From the NCBI GenBank assembly GCA_963796685.1, contig CAWCMR010000022.1:1-64000 (forward strand): DNA of 64,000 bases. The letters are read 5' to 3'. The first letter of the stretch is position 1. Each line of letters opens with the position of its first letter. Positions 28,731 to 39,343 of this stretch are shown here, one piece after another. A program made the position numbers and the translations under genes. The notes under the pieces are model-generated. The model was not told where the DNA came from. It ran no database searches and was given only the letters and a program-made list of their open reading frames with translations. The DNA comes from an uncultured delta proteobacterium (lineage in GTDB: Bacteria > Myxococcota_A > Polyangia > Fen-1088).

Positions 28731-30223
28731 ATGAAGACCTGGATTCACGGAGTGCCCGGCCGCGCCTTCTTACCCATCGCCCTGACCCTCTTCGGTGCCG
28801 GCCTGCTCGGCTGCGCCACGGGGCGAGGGCGCGGCGCCACGCCGATGGCAGCACCGGCCTGCGATTGCCCTTGCGCGCGCAAGAGCGGCATCGCGCAGCC
28901 CCCCCTGACCGGCATCACGCCGGCCGGACCGCCCGCGCTCGAGAGTGCGGTGGTGCCGGCTACGGCCAAGGATCCGATTTGGGGCAGTCTGGAAGCGCCG
29001 GTCACCATCGTCGAATTCAGCGACTTCCAGTGCCCGTTTTGCGCGCGCGTGGACGAGACGCTCGCGGAATTGAGGCAGCTCTATGGGCCCGACCGGCTGC
29101 GCCTGGTGTGGAAGAACTATCCCTTGCCGTTCCACAACGATGCCAGGCCCACTGCGGAGGCGGCCATGACCGTGTTCGCCATGGGTGGGGCCGACGCATT
29201 CTGGCGATTCCAAGAGCTCGCGTTCGCCGACCAGGGCGAGTCTCGTCCGAGAGCTACGTACGCTGGGCCGTGATGGTCGGCTTGGACGGCGACAAATTCA
29301 AGGTGGAGCTTTCGGCCAAGCGCCAGGGGGCCAAGATCGACGAGGACGTGGCGCTGGCCACGCGGTTGGGCATCCGCGGCACGCCCGTGTTTCGCATCAA
29401 CGGCATCCCGCTCATGGGCGCCCAACCCATCGACACCTTCAGGAAGATCATCGATTCCCAACTCGAGGCCGCAAAGCAGCTGGTGGCGAATGGCACGCCG
29501 GCCAGCCAACTCTACAATGTCCTCTCTGCCAGGAACGCCCGGGCCGCTTCGCACCCGGTCGACGAGGAAAAGACCGAGGAAACCGAGGCACCTGAGCCGG
29601 AAGACACGACCATTTGGCGTGTACCCGTGGAGAAATCCGATCCCGCGCGCGGACCGGCCGATGCCCTGGTTACGCTGGTGCTGTTCAGCGATTTTCAGTG
29701 TCCGTTCTGCAAGCGGGTGGAAGAGACCTTGGCCGCTCTCGAACGGAAGTACGGGGCAGATCTGCGCATCGTGTGGAAGGACTACCCGCTGCCTTTCCAT
29801 GATCGCGCAGTTCCGGCTGCGGTGCTGGCCAGGGTCGCCTTGGCGAAAAAGGGCATGAAGGGTTTTTGGCAAGCCCACGACGCGCTCTTCGCGGCTCAGG
29901 ACGATCTCGACCAAGCGGCTCTCAAGTCCATCGCCAAGGGACTCGGCTTGTCGTGGTCGGAGATCCAGCGGGCCATCGCCGACCATCGTTTCAGGAACAT
30001 ATTCGAGGCGTCCGAAGGCTTGGCCAAGACCCTTGAGGTCAACGGCACGCCGTGCTCGTTCGTGAACGGTTACCGGGTGGATGGGGCCGTGCCGACGGAA
30101 AAGTTCGTCGAGGTGATTGACACCCAGCTTGCCAAGGCCAGGGCGACGGCCGACGACCGAAGCTCGAAGGTCGGTTCAAAGGTCGGCATCCACGACACCC
30201 AGGCAGTCGGCCCCAAGCCGTAG
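28731..30223 (+). CDS. Lipoprotein with two DsbA/thioredoxin domains (frameshift at ~29240)
   Basis: Lipobox LLGC; two FSDFQCPFC..PLPFH..GTP domains split across ORFs 28674..29273 and 28865..30223. Confidence 0.85.
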
Positions 30224-30429
30224 CAAGACCCCACGCCGGGCTGTGCGTGACGCGTCGCTTTACGACCGCGGCCACGACCTTCTGCGGCTATCGCGGGATG
30301 ATGGCTCGGAGTTCTCTTCTTGTGGCCGGCGGATGGCGGTGAGAAAATGGCAAGATCCTGCATTTCCGCGCCGTCCGCTCGAAATCCAGCGAAGCTTCGG
30401 TTTCCAAACTCCTTCCCGGACTACAGCTC

Positions 30430-31265
30430 ATGACGATTCGTTTTGCACTCGTCGCCATCACCTTCCTTTTGATCGCTGGCTCCGTGCGGGCGGAGGATTG
30501 CCCGAACGACATCCCCGAGGACAACGTTCTCCGGCGCGCGCAGGCCAAGAAATGGTTCTCCAAGGGCCAGACGTTGTCGAGCAATGGCGACGACATCGCC
30601 GCGTTGAAAGCCTACCAGTGCTCGCTGCGTTTCGTGCCCCATGGATTCACCGCCTACAACATCGCGCAGATCGCCGAACGCATCGGCGATTTGGAAGTGG
30701 CCATTGCCAGTTACAGCCAGTACCTGCTGCTCGTCCCGGATGCCAAGGACGCGCAAGAGGTGAACGACAAGGTCATTGCGCTCAAGGAGCGTCTCGAGAG
30801 GGCAAAAGAGAAGGAAAAGGAGATTTTCGCGGCGCCAACGGGCGGGGCGGGGGGGAGACGGCGCAGAAAGGCCCGACCAGGGCGCCCGTGGTCGCAGCGG
30901 TCAAGCCGGTCGGATCCATCGACGAGAAGCCGGCCGCGACGAACTATCGCACGGCGGCCTGGATCGTCTACGGCGGCGCGGGCGTCGCGCTGGTAGGGGG
31001 ATTGATCACGAATCTCATGGCCCGCAGCAAGATGGACACCTGTAACTCTCTGTACAAGAAGGATCCCAGCAACATCTCGCCGGCCGAAGCCGCGTGCAGC
31101 GATGCCAAGCCGCTTGCCTATATGTCCTATGGACTCTTCGGCCTGGGCGCGGCCGCCGCCGTGGTGGGCACGGTCCTCGTGCTGCGCCCCACCGAGTCCA
31201 GCGAGGTCGCCCTGAACCTCTCGCCCGGCGGAGGTCTGTCGCTAGGCTGGGCGGGGAACTTCTAG
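30430..31265 (+). CDS. Secreted TPR protein with C-terminal membrane segments (frameshift in G-run at ~30850)
   Basis: Signal peptide, TPR-like AYNIAQIAERIGD..AIASYSQYL, then AAWIVYGG.. hydrophobic tail ending in aromatic F in the alternate frame. Confidence 0.75.
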
Positions 31266-32017
31266 CTCCCCTGCCAGTAGCGGATCTTGCCCGTGTCGGC
31301 GTGGATGAAGTGGGTACGCGGATAGTAGCCCACGCCCCCCATGTGTAGTCCACGCACGAATTCGCGCAAAGTCTCTGTGGTCACCCCGCGAATGCGGAAG
31401 TCGACGGCGGTCCCTTGCGTGTGCTGGCTTTCGCGGGCCACCTGGTGCCCCTTCTTTCTCAGCATCAGATTGTACTTGGGCGAGCGAAAGCCCGACACGA
31501 TGTCCACCCTTGGCGCGTGGAATCGAAGCGCCGCGGCGGCCAGAATGCCAGCGAGCCGCGCGTCGACTTGGGTCGATTGTTTGGTGTAGTGATCGCGCAG
31601 AAAGATCCGGAAACGACCCTTGTAGGGCTGGCCGGCGATGAGCGGCAGGGCATCGCGGTTCCAGAGGTTGAACAGGGTCGTGATGGGGGTGATGCGCGTG
31701 CCGACGGGCTGCATGGCCTCGTCCAGGCGCGCTTCCGCCTGCCCGGTGACGGTGTGCGGGGCCCTGGGGCGCGCCGCGGTCGGCTTGCGCTTTGGCGCCA
31801 ATTCGGCGTCGCGCAAGTGCACGTTCGGCCGCCACATTTTCTCGAGCAGCCCGATCTCCTTCTTGCTGCGCTCATGTAGCGGAGGCGCGAAGTGCGGCGC
31901 ACGTTCGTCGGACAGCGAAACCAGAGATTCAGCGGGGATGACGGGGTCGACTTCGGCCTGTCCCGCGAGCGTGGCGGGGAGCGCGGAAGCGCAAAGAAGA
32001 GCGATCACGACGTGCAT
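31262..32017 (-). CDS. YcbK/DUF882 M15-family peptidoglycan peptidase
   Basis: Signal peptide; SGFRSPKYN, SQHTQGTAVD, GGVGYYP..FIHADTG. Confidence 0.85.
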   Translation of the reverse strand: MHVVIALLCASALPATLAGQAEVDPVIPAESLVSLSDERAPHFAPPLHERSKKEIGLLEKMWRPNVHLRDAELAPKRKPTAARPRAPHTVTGQAEARLDEAMQPVGTRITPITTLFNLWNRDALPLIAGQPYKGRFRIFLRDHYTKQSTQVDARLAGILAAAALRFHAPRVDIVSGFRSPKYNLMLRKKGHQVARESQHTQGTAVDFRIRGVTTETLREFVRGLHMGGVGYYPRTHFIHADTGKIRYWQGS

Positions 32018-32115
32018 GCCGGCTTATCATACCCGGTAGACGTAGCGTGCGATATCGGCCAGGATAGCAGACCCCAGGTTGGCGCGGGCCATCCAATCAC
32101 AGCGAGGCAGACACC

Positions 32116-33288
32116 ATGTTCAAGATTCAGACACTCAACAAGATCGCTTCCATCGGACTCGACGAGCTTCCGCGTGATTTCTTTGAAACCGCATCCGAGA
32201 TCCTGAACCCCGACGGCATCTTGGTGCGTAGCGCGGACATGCACGCCCTCGATCTGCCCGCCTCGCTCAAGGGCATCGCCCGTGCCGGCGCCGGCGTGAA
32301 CAACATTCCCATCGACAAGTGCTCCAAGCGCGGCATCGTCGTGTTCAACACCCCGGGCGCCAACGCCAACGGCGTCAAAGAGCTGGTCATCGCGGCCATG
32401 CTGCTCGCCTCGCGCCGAATCGTCCCCGGCGTCGAGTGGACGCGCGCGCTCAAGGGCAAGGGCAAAGAGGTCGGCCCCTTGGTCGAGAAGGGAAAAAAGG
32501 ACTTCATCGGTCCCGAAATCAAGGGCAAGAAGCTCGGCGTGGTAGGCCTGGGCGCCATCGGCGTCATGGTGGCCAACGATGCCCTGGCGCTGGGCATGGA
32601 CGTGGTTGGTTACGATCCGTACATCTCGGTCGAAGCGGCCTGGGGTCTTGCCCGCACGGTTCGGCGCGCGACCAGTCTGGATCAGTTGCTGTCCCAATCC
32701 GACTACATCACCCTGCATGTCCCGTTGGTGGATGCCACCAAGGGCATGCTCGGGCGCGAAAAATTCGCCATCATGAAGAAGGGCGTGCGCATCGTGAACC
32801 TGGCGCGCGGCGGCCTGGTCAAGACCGTGGATGTCAAAGAGGCACTGGCCTCCGGCCAGGTGGGCTGCTACGTCACGGACTTTCCCGAGGACGATCTGCT
32901 CGACGAGAAGAACGTCATCCCCATCCCGCACCTCGGCGCCTCTACCCCCGAGGCCGAGGACAACTGCGCGATCATGGCGGCGCGCCAGATGCGCGACTTC
33001 CTGCAGTTCGGCAACGTGAAGAATTCCGTGAATTTTCCGAGTTGCGAGATGCCCTACATGGGACGCCCTCGCCTCATCGTGGGCAACGCCAACGTACCCA
33101 ACATGGTCGGCCAGATCACCACCGTGCTGGCGGCGGACAAGATCAACATCATCGATATGATGAACAAGAGCGCCGGCGACCTTGCCTACAACATCATCGA
33201 CGTCGACGGCGAGGTCACCGCGTCGATGGTCGACAAGCTGCGCAAGATCGATGGCGTGACGATGGCGCGGCTGATCCCCAAGATGTAG
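32116..33288 (+). CDS. serA: D-3-phosphoglycerate dehydrogenase with C-terminal ACT domain
   Basis: RAGAGVNNIP, NTPGANA, GLGAIG, NLARG, PHLGAST, ACT domain NVPNMVGQI. Confidence 0.93.
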   Translation: MFKIQTLNKIASIGLDELPRDFFETASEILNPDGILVRSADMHALDLPASLKGIARAGAGVNNIPIDKCSKRGIVVFNTPGANANGVKELVIAAMLLASRRIVPGVEWTRALKGKGKEVGPLVEKGKKDFIGPEIKGKKLGVVGLGAIGVMVANDALALGMDVVGYDPYISVEAAWGLARTVRRATSLDQLLSQSDYITLHVPLVDATKGMLGREKFAIMKKGVRIVNLARGGLVKTVDVKEALASGQVGCYVTDFPEDDLLDEKNVIPIPHLGASTPEAEDNCAIMAARQMRDFLQFGNVKNSVNFPSCEMPYMGRPRLIVGNANVPNMVGQITTVLAADKINIIDMMNKSAGDLAYNIIDVDGEVTASMVDKLRKIDGVTMARLIPKM

Positions 33289-33449
33289 GGCCAGACCAGG
33301 CTCCAAACTGCTGGCTCTGCTCTCGTCGTGCGACATGCAGGCGGCTTGGCACCACCGCACGTAGGGCACCGTCGGTCCCTGCGATTCTCGCACATCTCCG
33401 GAAGCATCGGCAGGGTCCGGATCGGCATCCATCAAAGTGGAGCAGCCAA

Positions 33450-35562
33450 GTGTACACTTCGCCCGCGAGGTCATCCCGCAATATTTGGCGCGGCAAACTG
33501 CAGCTTGCCGCAGCGGCGGCTTGCCTTGCTTTCTTGCCGCCGGGCTGCGCTTCGCGATCGCAGTCGCAAGGCGACGGCGCCATCGCACCCGATGGCTCGC
33601 CCGTCGGCGGCCCCGATCTGGCCCCCGCCTTCGAGCCGGTCTCGCCATTTGCCTACGTAGCCAAGGTCAAGAACGTACTGGTCGGTTTGCCACCGACGGA
33701 CGACGAGGTCGCCCAAGTGATCGCGGATCCCACTCAGCTCAAATCCCTGCTCGCCGGTTGGATGCTGCTTCCGCAGTACACGCAGAAGATGAAGCGCTTC
33801 TTCGAGCTGGCCTTTCAGCAGACCCAGATCTCGACGGCAGATTTCGCCGATCAGGTCTATCCCGGGCAGATTGCCCTCAACGCGACCACGACGCCGTTGC
33901 TGTTGCAAAACATCGAGGAGAGCTTCGCGCGCACCATGCTCGAGCTTATCGCCGAGGGACGGCCGTTGACTGAAGGAGCTACCACGCAGCGTCTGATGCT
34001 GACCACCGCGCTCAAGAGAGCTCTACGCCTTCCTCGATGTCTGGCAGGTCGACGACGCCGGCAAGGTCACCGACCGCTTCAAGCAGTCCAACCCCAAGCT
34101 GTCTATCACGGTCGAGGCCGCCCAGGGTCCCATCCCGATCTCCGACACTCTGGATGCGAGCAGCCCGAGCTACATGCATTGGTACGATCCCGACGTGGCC
34201 GGAGAGGACGCGCAGGTTGCCGACTGCGTGCAGGACCCCGTCGTCTACCCGGCCAATGCGCAAGTCCTCCACTACCTGCTGTATGGCTCTCTCGACAACC
34301 GCAAGAGCGCCAGCGGAGCGGCTTGCCCGCAGTCGGGCGGCACTTCGGCGGCGCCTCAGCTCACGACAAGCGACTTCTCCGACTGGGCCATGGTCACCCT
34401 GCGTTCACCAGCAGCCGGGGAATCGACCACGCCGTTTTACGACTTGCCCACCCTGCGCTCGGCGAGCGAGCTGGTCCTGTCGATCCCCCGCGTGGGCTTC
34501 TTTTCCACCCCGGCGTTCTTCGCCAACTGGCAGACCAACATCAGCAATCAGATGCGCGTGACCATGAACCAGACGCTCATCGTGGCCCTTGGCGCATCCG
34601 TGGACGGATCCGATTTGACCGTGACGCCGGGCAATCCCCCGCCGGGCCTCGATGTCGCGCACGCCTCCTCACCCGACTGTCTTTATTGTCACCAGTCTCT
34701 GGATCCGACACGCTCGATTCTGGCCGCGACCTATTCCTGGAACTATCACGACCAGCTGGACCCCACCTACCAGGCAGAAAAGGGTCTGTTCGCCTTTCAA
34801 GGGATCGTCCAGCCGGTCGGCAGCATCGCCGATCTGGCCGGCACGCTGGCCCAGCACCCGCTGTTCGCCCAGGCCTGGGTGCAAAAGCTCTGTGCCTATG
34901 TCAACTCCGGAGCCTGCAGCAGCTCCGATCCGGAGTTCCAGCGCCTGGTCGGCTTGTTCCGGTCCACCGGCTATTCGTGGAACGCCCTGGTCACCGAGTT
35001 GCTGTCGTCGCCCCTGACCACACACGCCAGCGAGACGGTGACTTGGGATACTCAGGGTGAAGTTCTCGCGGTATCGCGACGCGATCACCTGTGCGCCGCG
35101 CTCAATGCGCGCCTGGGCTTCGTCGACGTGTGCGGGCTCGATGCCACCACCAAGAAGCAGCAGCAGTCGAGCATCGTCCAGTTGGTTTCGGGCCTGCCTT
35201 CCGACGGCTATGGCCGCGGGGCCACCATGCCCGTGCTGCCCAACAACCCGACCCTGTTCTACCGCGCTGCCACCGAAAACCTGTGCGAGGCCATCGCTGC
35301 CGACGTCATCGACGTGCCGGGTGCGAAACGCATCGCCGGTGTCGCGGCATGGGCGAGCGGAAACCCCGACGCGGCCATCGCCGATTTCATCGCCACCGTC
35401 ATGGCTCTCGTGCCATCGGATCCGCGCTCGGCACCGGCCACCGCCTTGCTCAGGGGACACTACGACGCGGCTGTCGCGCAAGGGGCGAGCGCATCGGACG
35501 CGCTCAAATCGACCTTCGTCACCGCCTGCCTCGCCCCGTCGGCGGTTTCCATCGGATTGTGA
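33450..35562 (+). CDS. Exported lipoprotein of unknown function with a single CxxCH (frameshift at ~34017)
   Basis: GTG start after GGAG, signal ending in Cys, YVAKVKNVLVGLPPT, GFFSTPAFFANWQTN, CLYCHQSLDP; joins the 32319 ORF frame to ORF 34174..35562. Confidence 0.75.
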
Positions 35563-35570
35563 GAAGGCAC

Positions 35571-36881
35571 ATGATCACACGTCGACAGAGCTTGCAGGCG
35601 ACGCTGCTAGGGACCGGTTGGATCGGCCTGCGCGCGCTGGCGACCGGTTTGCCAATCTCGTTCCTGCTGGCCCCGAGGCGCGCCTTCGCGGGGGGCGCGG
35701 TGCCTGCATGTCCCAACCCGAAGGCGCAATACATCGTGTTCAACACCTCGGGCGCCGGGGATCCGATCAACGCGAACGTGCCCGGCACCTACGATGACCC
35801 CAAGATCGTTCACAGCACCGATCCGGCTCTCGCTCCGACGGCCTTGACCCTCTCCGGGCAAGCGACGACCGCGGCGGCGCCCTGGTCGACCTTGCCGCAG
35901 AACGTGCTCGACCGGACCTGCTTCTGGCACCTCATGACCAACACCCCGGTGCATCCGAAGCAACCCGACGTGCTCAAGTTGATGGGCGGAAGCAACGCTG
36001 GCGAAATGCTGCCTTCGCTGCTCGCCAAGCACCTGGCGCCTTGCCTCGGAACCATCCAGACCCAGCCCATCAGCCTCGGTGCGACCACGCCCTCGGAGGG
36101 GTTGACCTACGATGGCTCGCCTCTGCCGATCATTCCGGCGCTCGCGCTCAAGGCGACCTTGACCAGCCCGGCCGGTGCCCTGACCGACCTGCAGCCGTTG
36201 CGCGACCAAACCTTGGCCCAGCTCTACGATCTGTACAAGAACGGTGCGACCTCGGCACAGCGGGCCTTCATCGACTCCATGGTCACGTCGCAACAGCAGG
36301 TACGCAACATCAGCCAGGACCTGCTTTCCGCGCTCTCGTCGATCAAGGACAACAGTGCAGCCTCGCAGGTCTTGGCCGCAGTCACGCTGATCCAGATGAA
36401 GGTCACGCCGGTGGTAGCGGTTCACATCCCGTTCGGCGGCGACAACCACCGCGACATCGGGCTCGCTGGCGAAACCAGTCAAACCGTCTCGGGCGTCGCG
36501 ACCATCGCGTCGCTCATGCAACAGCTGTCCTCGGCGGGGCTGTCGGACGGCGTGACCCTGATGTCCCTCAACGTGTTCGGCCGCACCATCGGGCCCAGCA
36601 ACACCGACGGCCGGCAGCACAACCCGAACCACCAGGTCTCGCTCACCATCGGAAAGCCGTTTCGCGGTGGCATCGTCGGGGCGGTTGCTCCGGTGCAGGG
36701 GGACTATGGAGCGACTGCGATCGACTCGAAGACGGGGCGCGGCGGCCCTGGCGGCGACGTTAGCGCGCTCGACTCGCTCGTCGCGTTCGGGTCCACCATG
36801 CTCGCTGCCGTCGGCGTGGATGCGGCAGCGATTGCCAAGGACATCCCCTCCGGCCAGGTAATCGCGGGGGCTCTGCTGTAG
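35571..36881 (+). CDS. Tat-exported DUF1501-like protein
   Basis: MITRRQSL twin-arginine signal, GAGDP, GGDNH, NVFGRT, DGRQHN; starts 8 nt after the partner gene. Confidence 0.75.
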   Translation: MITRRQSLQATLLGTGWIGLRALATGLPISFLLAPRRAFAGGAVPACPNPKAQYIVFNTSGAGDPINANVPGTYDDPKIVHSTDPALAPTALTLSGQATTAAAPWSTLPQNVLDRTCFWHLMTNTPVHPKQPDVLKLMGGSNAGEMLPSLLAKHLAPCLGTIQTQPISLGATTPSEGLTYDGSPLPIIPALALKATLTSPAGALTDLQPLRDQTLAQLYDLYKNGATSAQRAFIDSMVTSQQQVRNISQDLLSALSSIKDNSAASQVLAAVTLIQMKVTPVVAVHIPFGGDNHRDIGLAGETSQTVSGVATIASLMQQLSSAGLSDGVTLMSLNVFGRTIGPSNTDGRQHNPNHQVSLTIGKPFRGGIVGAVAPVQGDYGATAIDSKTGRGGPGGDVSALDSLVAFGSTMLAAVGVDAAAIAKDIPSGQVIAGALL

Positions 36882-36945
36882 CCCCGCGGAATTCTTGGCG
36901 GTTGCCCTCGGATTCAGGGCCGGCGCAAACGCCGCGCGACAGGAG

Positions 36946-38112
36946 CTACACGACGATGCGCTCGCAGTTGGCCGCGAGGGCCTCGGCTTCCTTGACCACG
37001 TCGAGCTTGGCCTCGGCGGCTTCCACGTCGGCCAGTCTGGCCGCGGTGGCGGGGTGCGTGGGAATGAAGAGCGAGCAGCAGTCCTCATAAGGCAGAGACG
37101 ACGTGTCGTAGGTCCCGATCTGCCGCGCCAGCGCGACGGTCTCCATCTTGTCGTAGGTCAGCAGCGGACGCAGCACGATGTGGCGGGCGGCGTTCTCGAT
37201 GTTGGCCATGTTGATCAGGGTTTGACTTGCCACCTGGCCCAGGTTCTCGCCGGTCACGATGGCATCGGCGCGGGCTCGCTTGCACAAGAGGTCGGCCACG
37301 CGGACCATCATGCGCCGGTACAGCACCACCGCCAGCTCGGCCGGGCCGGCCTCACGCAGTCGCTGCTGCGTCTCGGTGAAATGGGCCACGTGCAGGGTCG
37401 TGGCCACTTGCCAGCGCGAGAGAATTCGCAGCAGCGCGACGACCTTGTCCTTGGAGCGCTCGCCGGTGAAGGGCGGTGAGTGAAACGTAAGCGCTTCCAG
37501 GGCCAACCCGCGCTTGGCCGCCAACCAGCCCGCCACGGGCGAGTCGATGCCGCCCGAGAGCAAGAGCAGTCCGCGCCCCGACACGCCGACGGGGAGCCCG
37601 CCGGGTGCCCGGCGAATTTCGGCGAAGATGTAGACCGTGCTCTGCGCGACCTCGATGCCGATGCGCAAACTGGGCTTGTGCACGTCCACGCGCATGGAGA
37701 GGGCATCGATGATGGCGCCGCCGACATGGCAGTCGATGTCGTGCGAGCGCAGGGGAAACTTCTTGTTCGAGCGGCGGGTCTCGACCTTGAAGCTGCGGCC
37801 GAGGTCGGGGTTTCGCGCGATGGCCGCCTTGGCCTCGCTGACCGCGGTGGCGGTGATGGCTTCGAGGTTGGGCTCGGCCTCGGCGCCAGCCGAGACCGAA
37901 ACCAGACCGAAGACGCGTTCCAGTCGGGAGCACGCATCTTCGCGCAATTCGTCGGGCACGCGCACCAGGATGCGGCCATAGGGGGTCGAGACTTTTGCGT
38001 CGGGCAGGTCGCGCACGGCCCGGCGCACGTTGTCGGACATGGCGCGCAGGAAGAACCCCCGGTTGCCCCCCTTGAGGAAGAGCTCACCGAAGCGGCAAAG
38101 AATGGAGATCAT
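36946..38112 (-). CDS. thiI: tRNA 4-thiouridine synthase ThiI (short form, no rhodanese domain)
   Basis: FGELFLKG.NR, THUMP domain, GGLPVG, LLSGGIDSPVA PP-loop, GENLGQVASQT, RPL, PYEDCC. Confidence 0.93.
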   Translation of the reverse strand: MISILCRFGELFLKGGNRGFFLRAMSDNVRRAVRDLPDAKVSTPYGRILVRVPDELREDACSRLERVFGLVSVSAGAEAEPNLEAITATAVSEAKAAIARNPDLGRSFKVETRRSNKKFPLRSHDIDCHVGGAIIDALSMRVDVHKPSLRIGIEVAQSTVYIFAEIRRAPGGLPVGVSGRGLLLLSGGIDSPVAGWLAAKRGLALEALTFHSPPFTGERSKDKVVALLRILSRWQVATTLHVAHFTETQQRLREAGPAELAVVLYRRMMVRVADLLCKRARADAIVTGENLGQVASQTLINMANIENAARHIVLRPLLTYDKMETVALARQIGTYDTSSLPYEDCCSLFIPTHPATAARLADVEAAEAKLDVVKEAEALAANCERIVV

Positions 38113-39269
38113 CGATCTCGATTTACCACTTGATGGACTACTTTTGCGACCTCGGCGATCGCTTGAGCGAGGGCGTGCGCCGCTGGTTCGACGTCCTCGG
38201 TCATGGACAGCCGCGAGAGCGAGAAGCGCAGGGCTCCGGTGGTAGGGGCAATTCCTAGCGCACGCAGAACGCGACTTTGCTCCCGCGCGTGCGACGAGCA
38301 GGCCGCGCCCTCGGAAGCGAAGACGCCGCGCGCTTCCAGCGCGTGCAGGACCGGCTCGGCGGGGAAACCGGGCAGAAGGATGCTGGCGATGTGAGGCGCC
38401 CGGGGCACGGGCAGGGGCACCGCCGGCCTGGCCTGCGGAACCGCGGCGAAAATGAGATTCTCCAGGCGGTCGCGCAGCGCGCGCACGCGGGTCGCGGCCC
38501 CGACCTCCTTGCGCGCCTGTGCCGCCGCCACGCCGAACCCGACGGCCGCAGGCAGATTCTCGGTGCCCGAGCGCAGGTCGCGTTCTTGTCCGCCGCCGCC
38601 GTAGAGCGGGGCCAGCCGCTTGCCCTTGCGCAGCCAGAGCGCTCCGATGCCCTTGGGGCCATGCAACTTGTGGGCGGAGATGGCGATGGAGTCGGCGCCC
38701 TTGGTGCGCACGTCGAGCGGCTCGAGCCCGGCGAACTGGACCGCGTCGACGTGAAAATGAATCTTGCGCCCGAGGCCGCGCAGGGCGCGGCCGATGTCCG
38801 CCACCGGTTGCAAGGTACCGATCTCGTTGTTGACCAGCATGACGGCGACCACCGAGGTCTCGGGTCTGACCGCCGCCAGCACGGCGTCCGGCGTGACGCA
38901 TCCATCCGACCCGGGCGAGACCGTATCGATCTGCCAGCCCTCGTCGGCAAGCAGGCGCGCGGAATTGAACACGGCCGCGTGCTCGATCGCACTGACCACG
39001 AGGTGGCGCGCTCGGGAGGCCCGCGTCGCGCCGACCACACCGAGAGCGTTGGCCTCGGTGCCACTGCCGGTGAAGATGAGCTCCTCGGGCTCGGCGTGCA
39101 TCAGCGCAGCGACCTCCTCGCGTGCCGAGGCCAGCGCCCTGGCCGCTGCCGCGCCCAGCCCATGCAAGGAAGACGGATTGGCGAAGTGCTCGCGCATGGC
39201 GCGGCTCACCGCCTCGATGACTTCGGGCGAGGGCTGGGTGGACGCAGCGTTGTCGAGGTAGATGGCCAT
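38109..39269 (-). CDS. iscS: Cysteine desulfurase (IscS/NifZ type) coupled to thiI
   Basis: IYLDNAAST, FTGSGTEAN, HVDAVQ, SAHKLHGPKG (PLP Lys), RSGTEN, SEGAACSS; 4-nt overlap with thiI. Confidence 0.9.
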   Translation of the reverse strand: MAIYLDNAASTQPSPEVIEAVSRAMREHFANPSSLHGLGAAAARALASAREEVAALMHAEPEELIFTGSGTEANALGVVGATRASRARHLVVSAIEHAAVFNSARLLADEGWQIDTVSPGSDGCVTPDAVLAAVRPETSVVAVMLVNNEIGTLQPVADIGRALRGLGRKIHFHVDAVQFAGLEPLDVRTKGADSIAISAHKLHGPKGIGALWLRKGKRLAPLYGGGGQERDLRSGTENLPAAVGFGVAAAQARKEVGAATRVRALRDRLENLIFAAVPQARPAVPLPVPRAPHIASILLPGFPAEPVLHALEARGVFASEGAACSSHAREQSRVLRALGIAPTTGALRFSLSRLSMTEDVEPAAHALAQAIAEVAKVVHQVVNRDR

Positions 39270-39343
39270 TCTTTGCAAGTGGCAGCATACCCTCGACACC
39301 GCGGAGCTGCACCCCGAACGGATGGCGGCCTTCGGACGCGCTC

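Noticed and set aside
36946-39312. 788-aa ThiI with long N-terminal extension
   Set aside because: The extension is an off-frame read of iscS; ThiI starts at 38112. The same applies to extended ORFs 24530..26425, 35091..36881 and 45976..47760.
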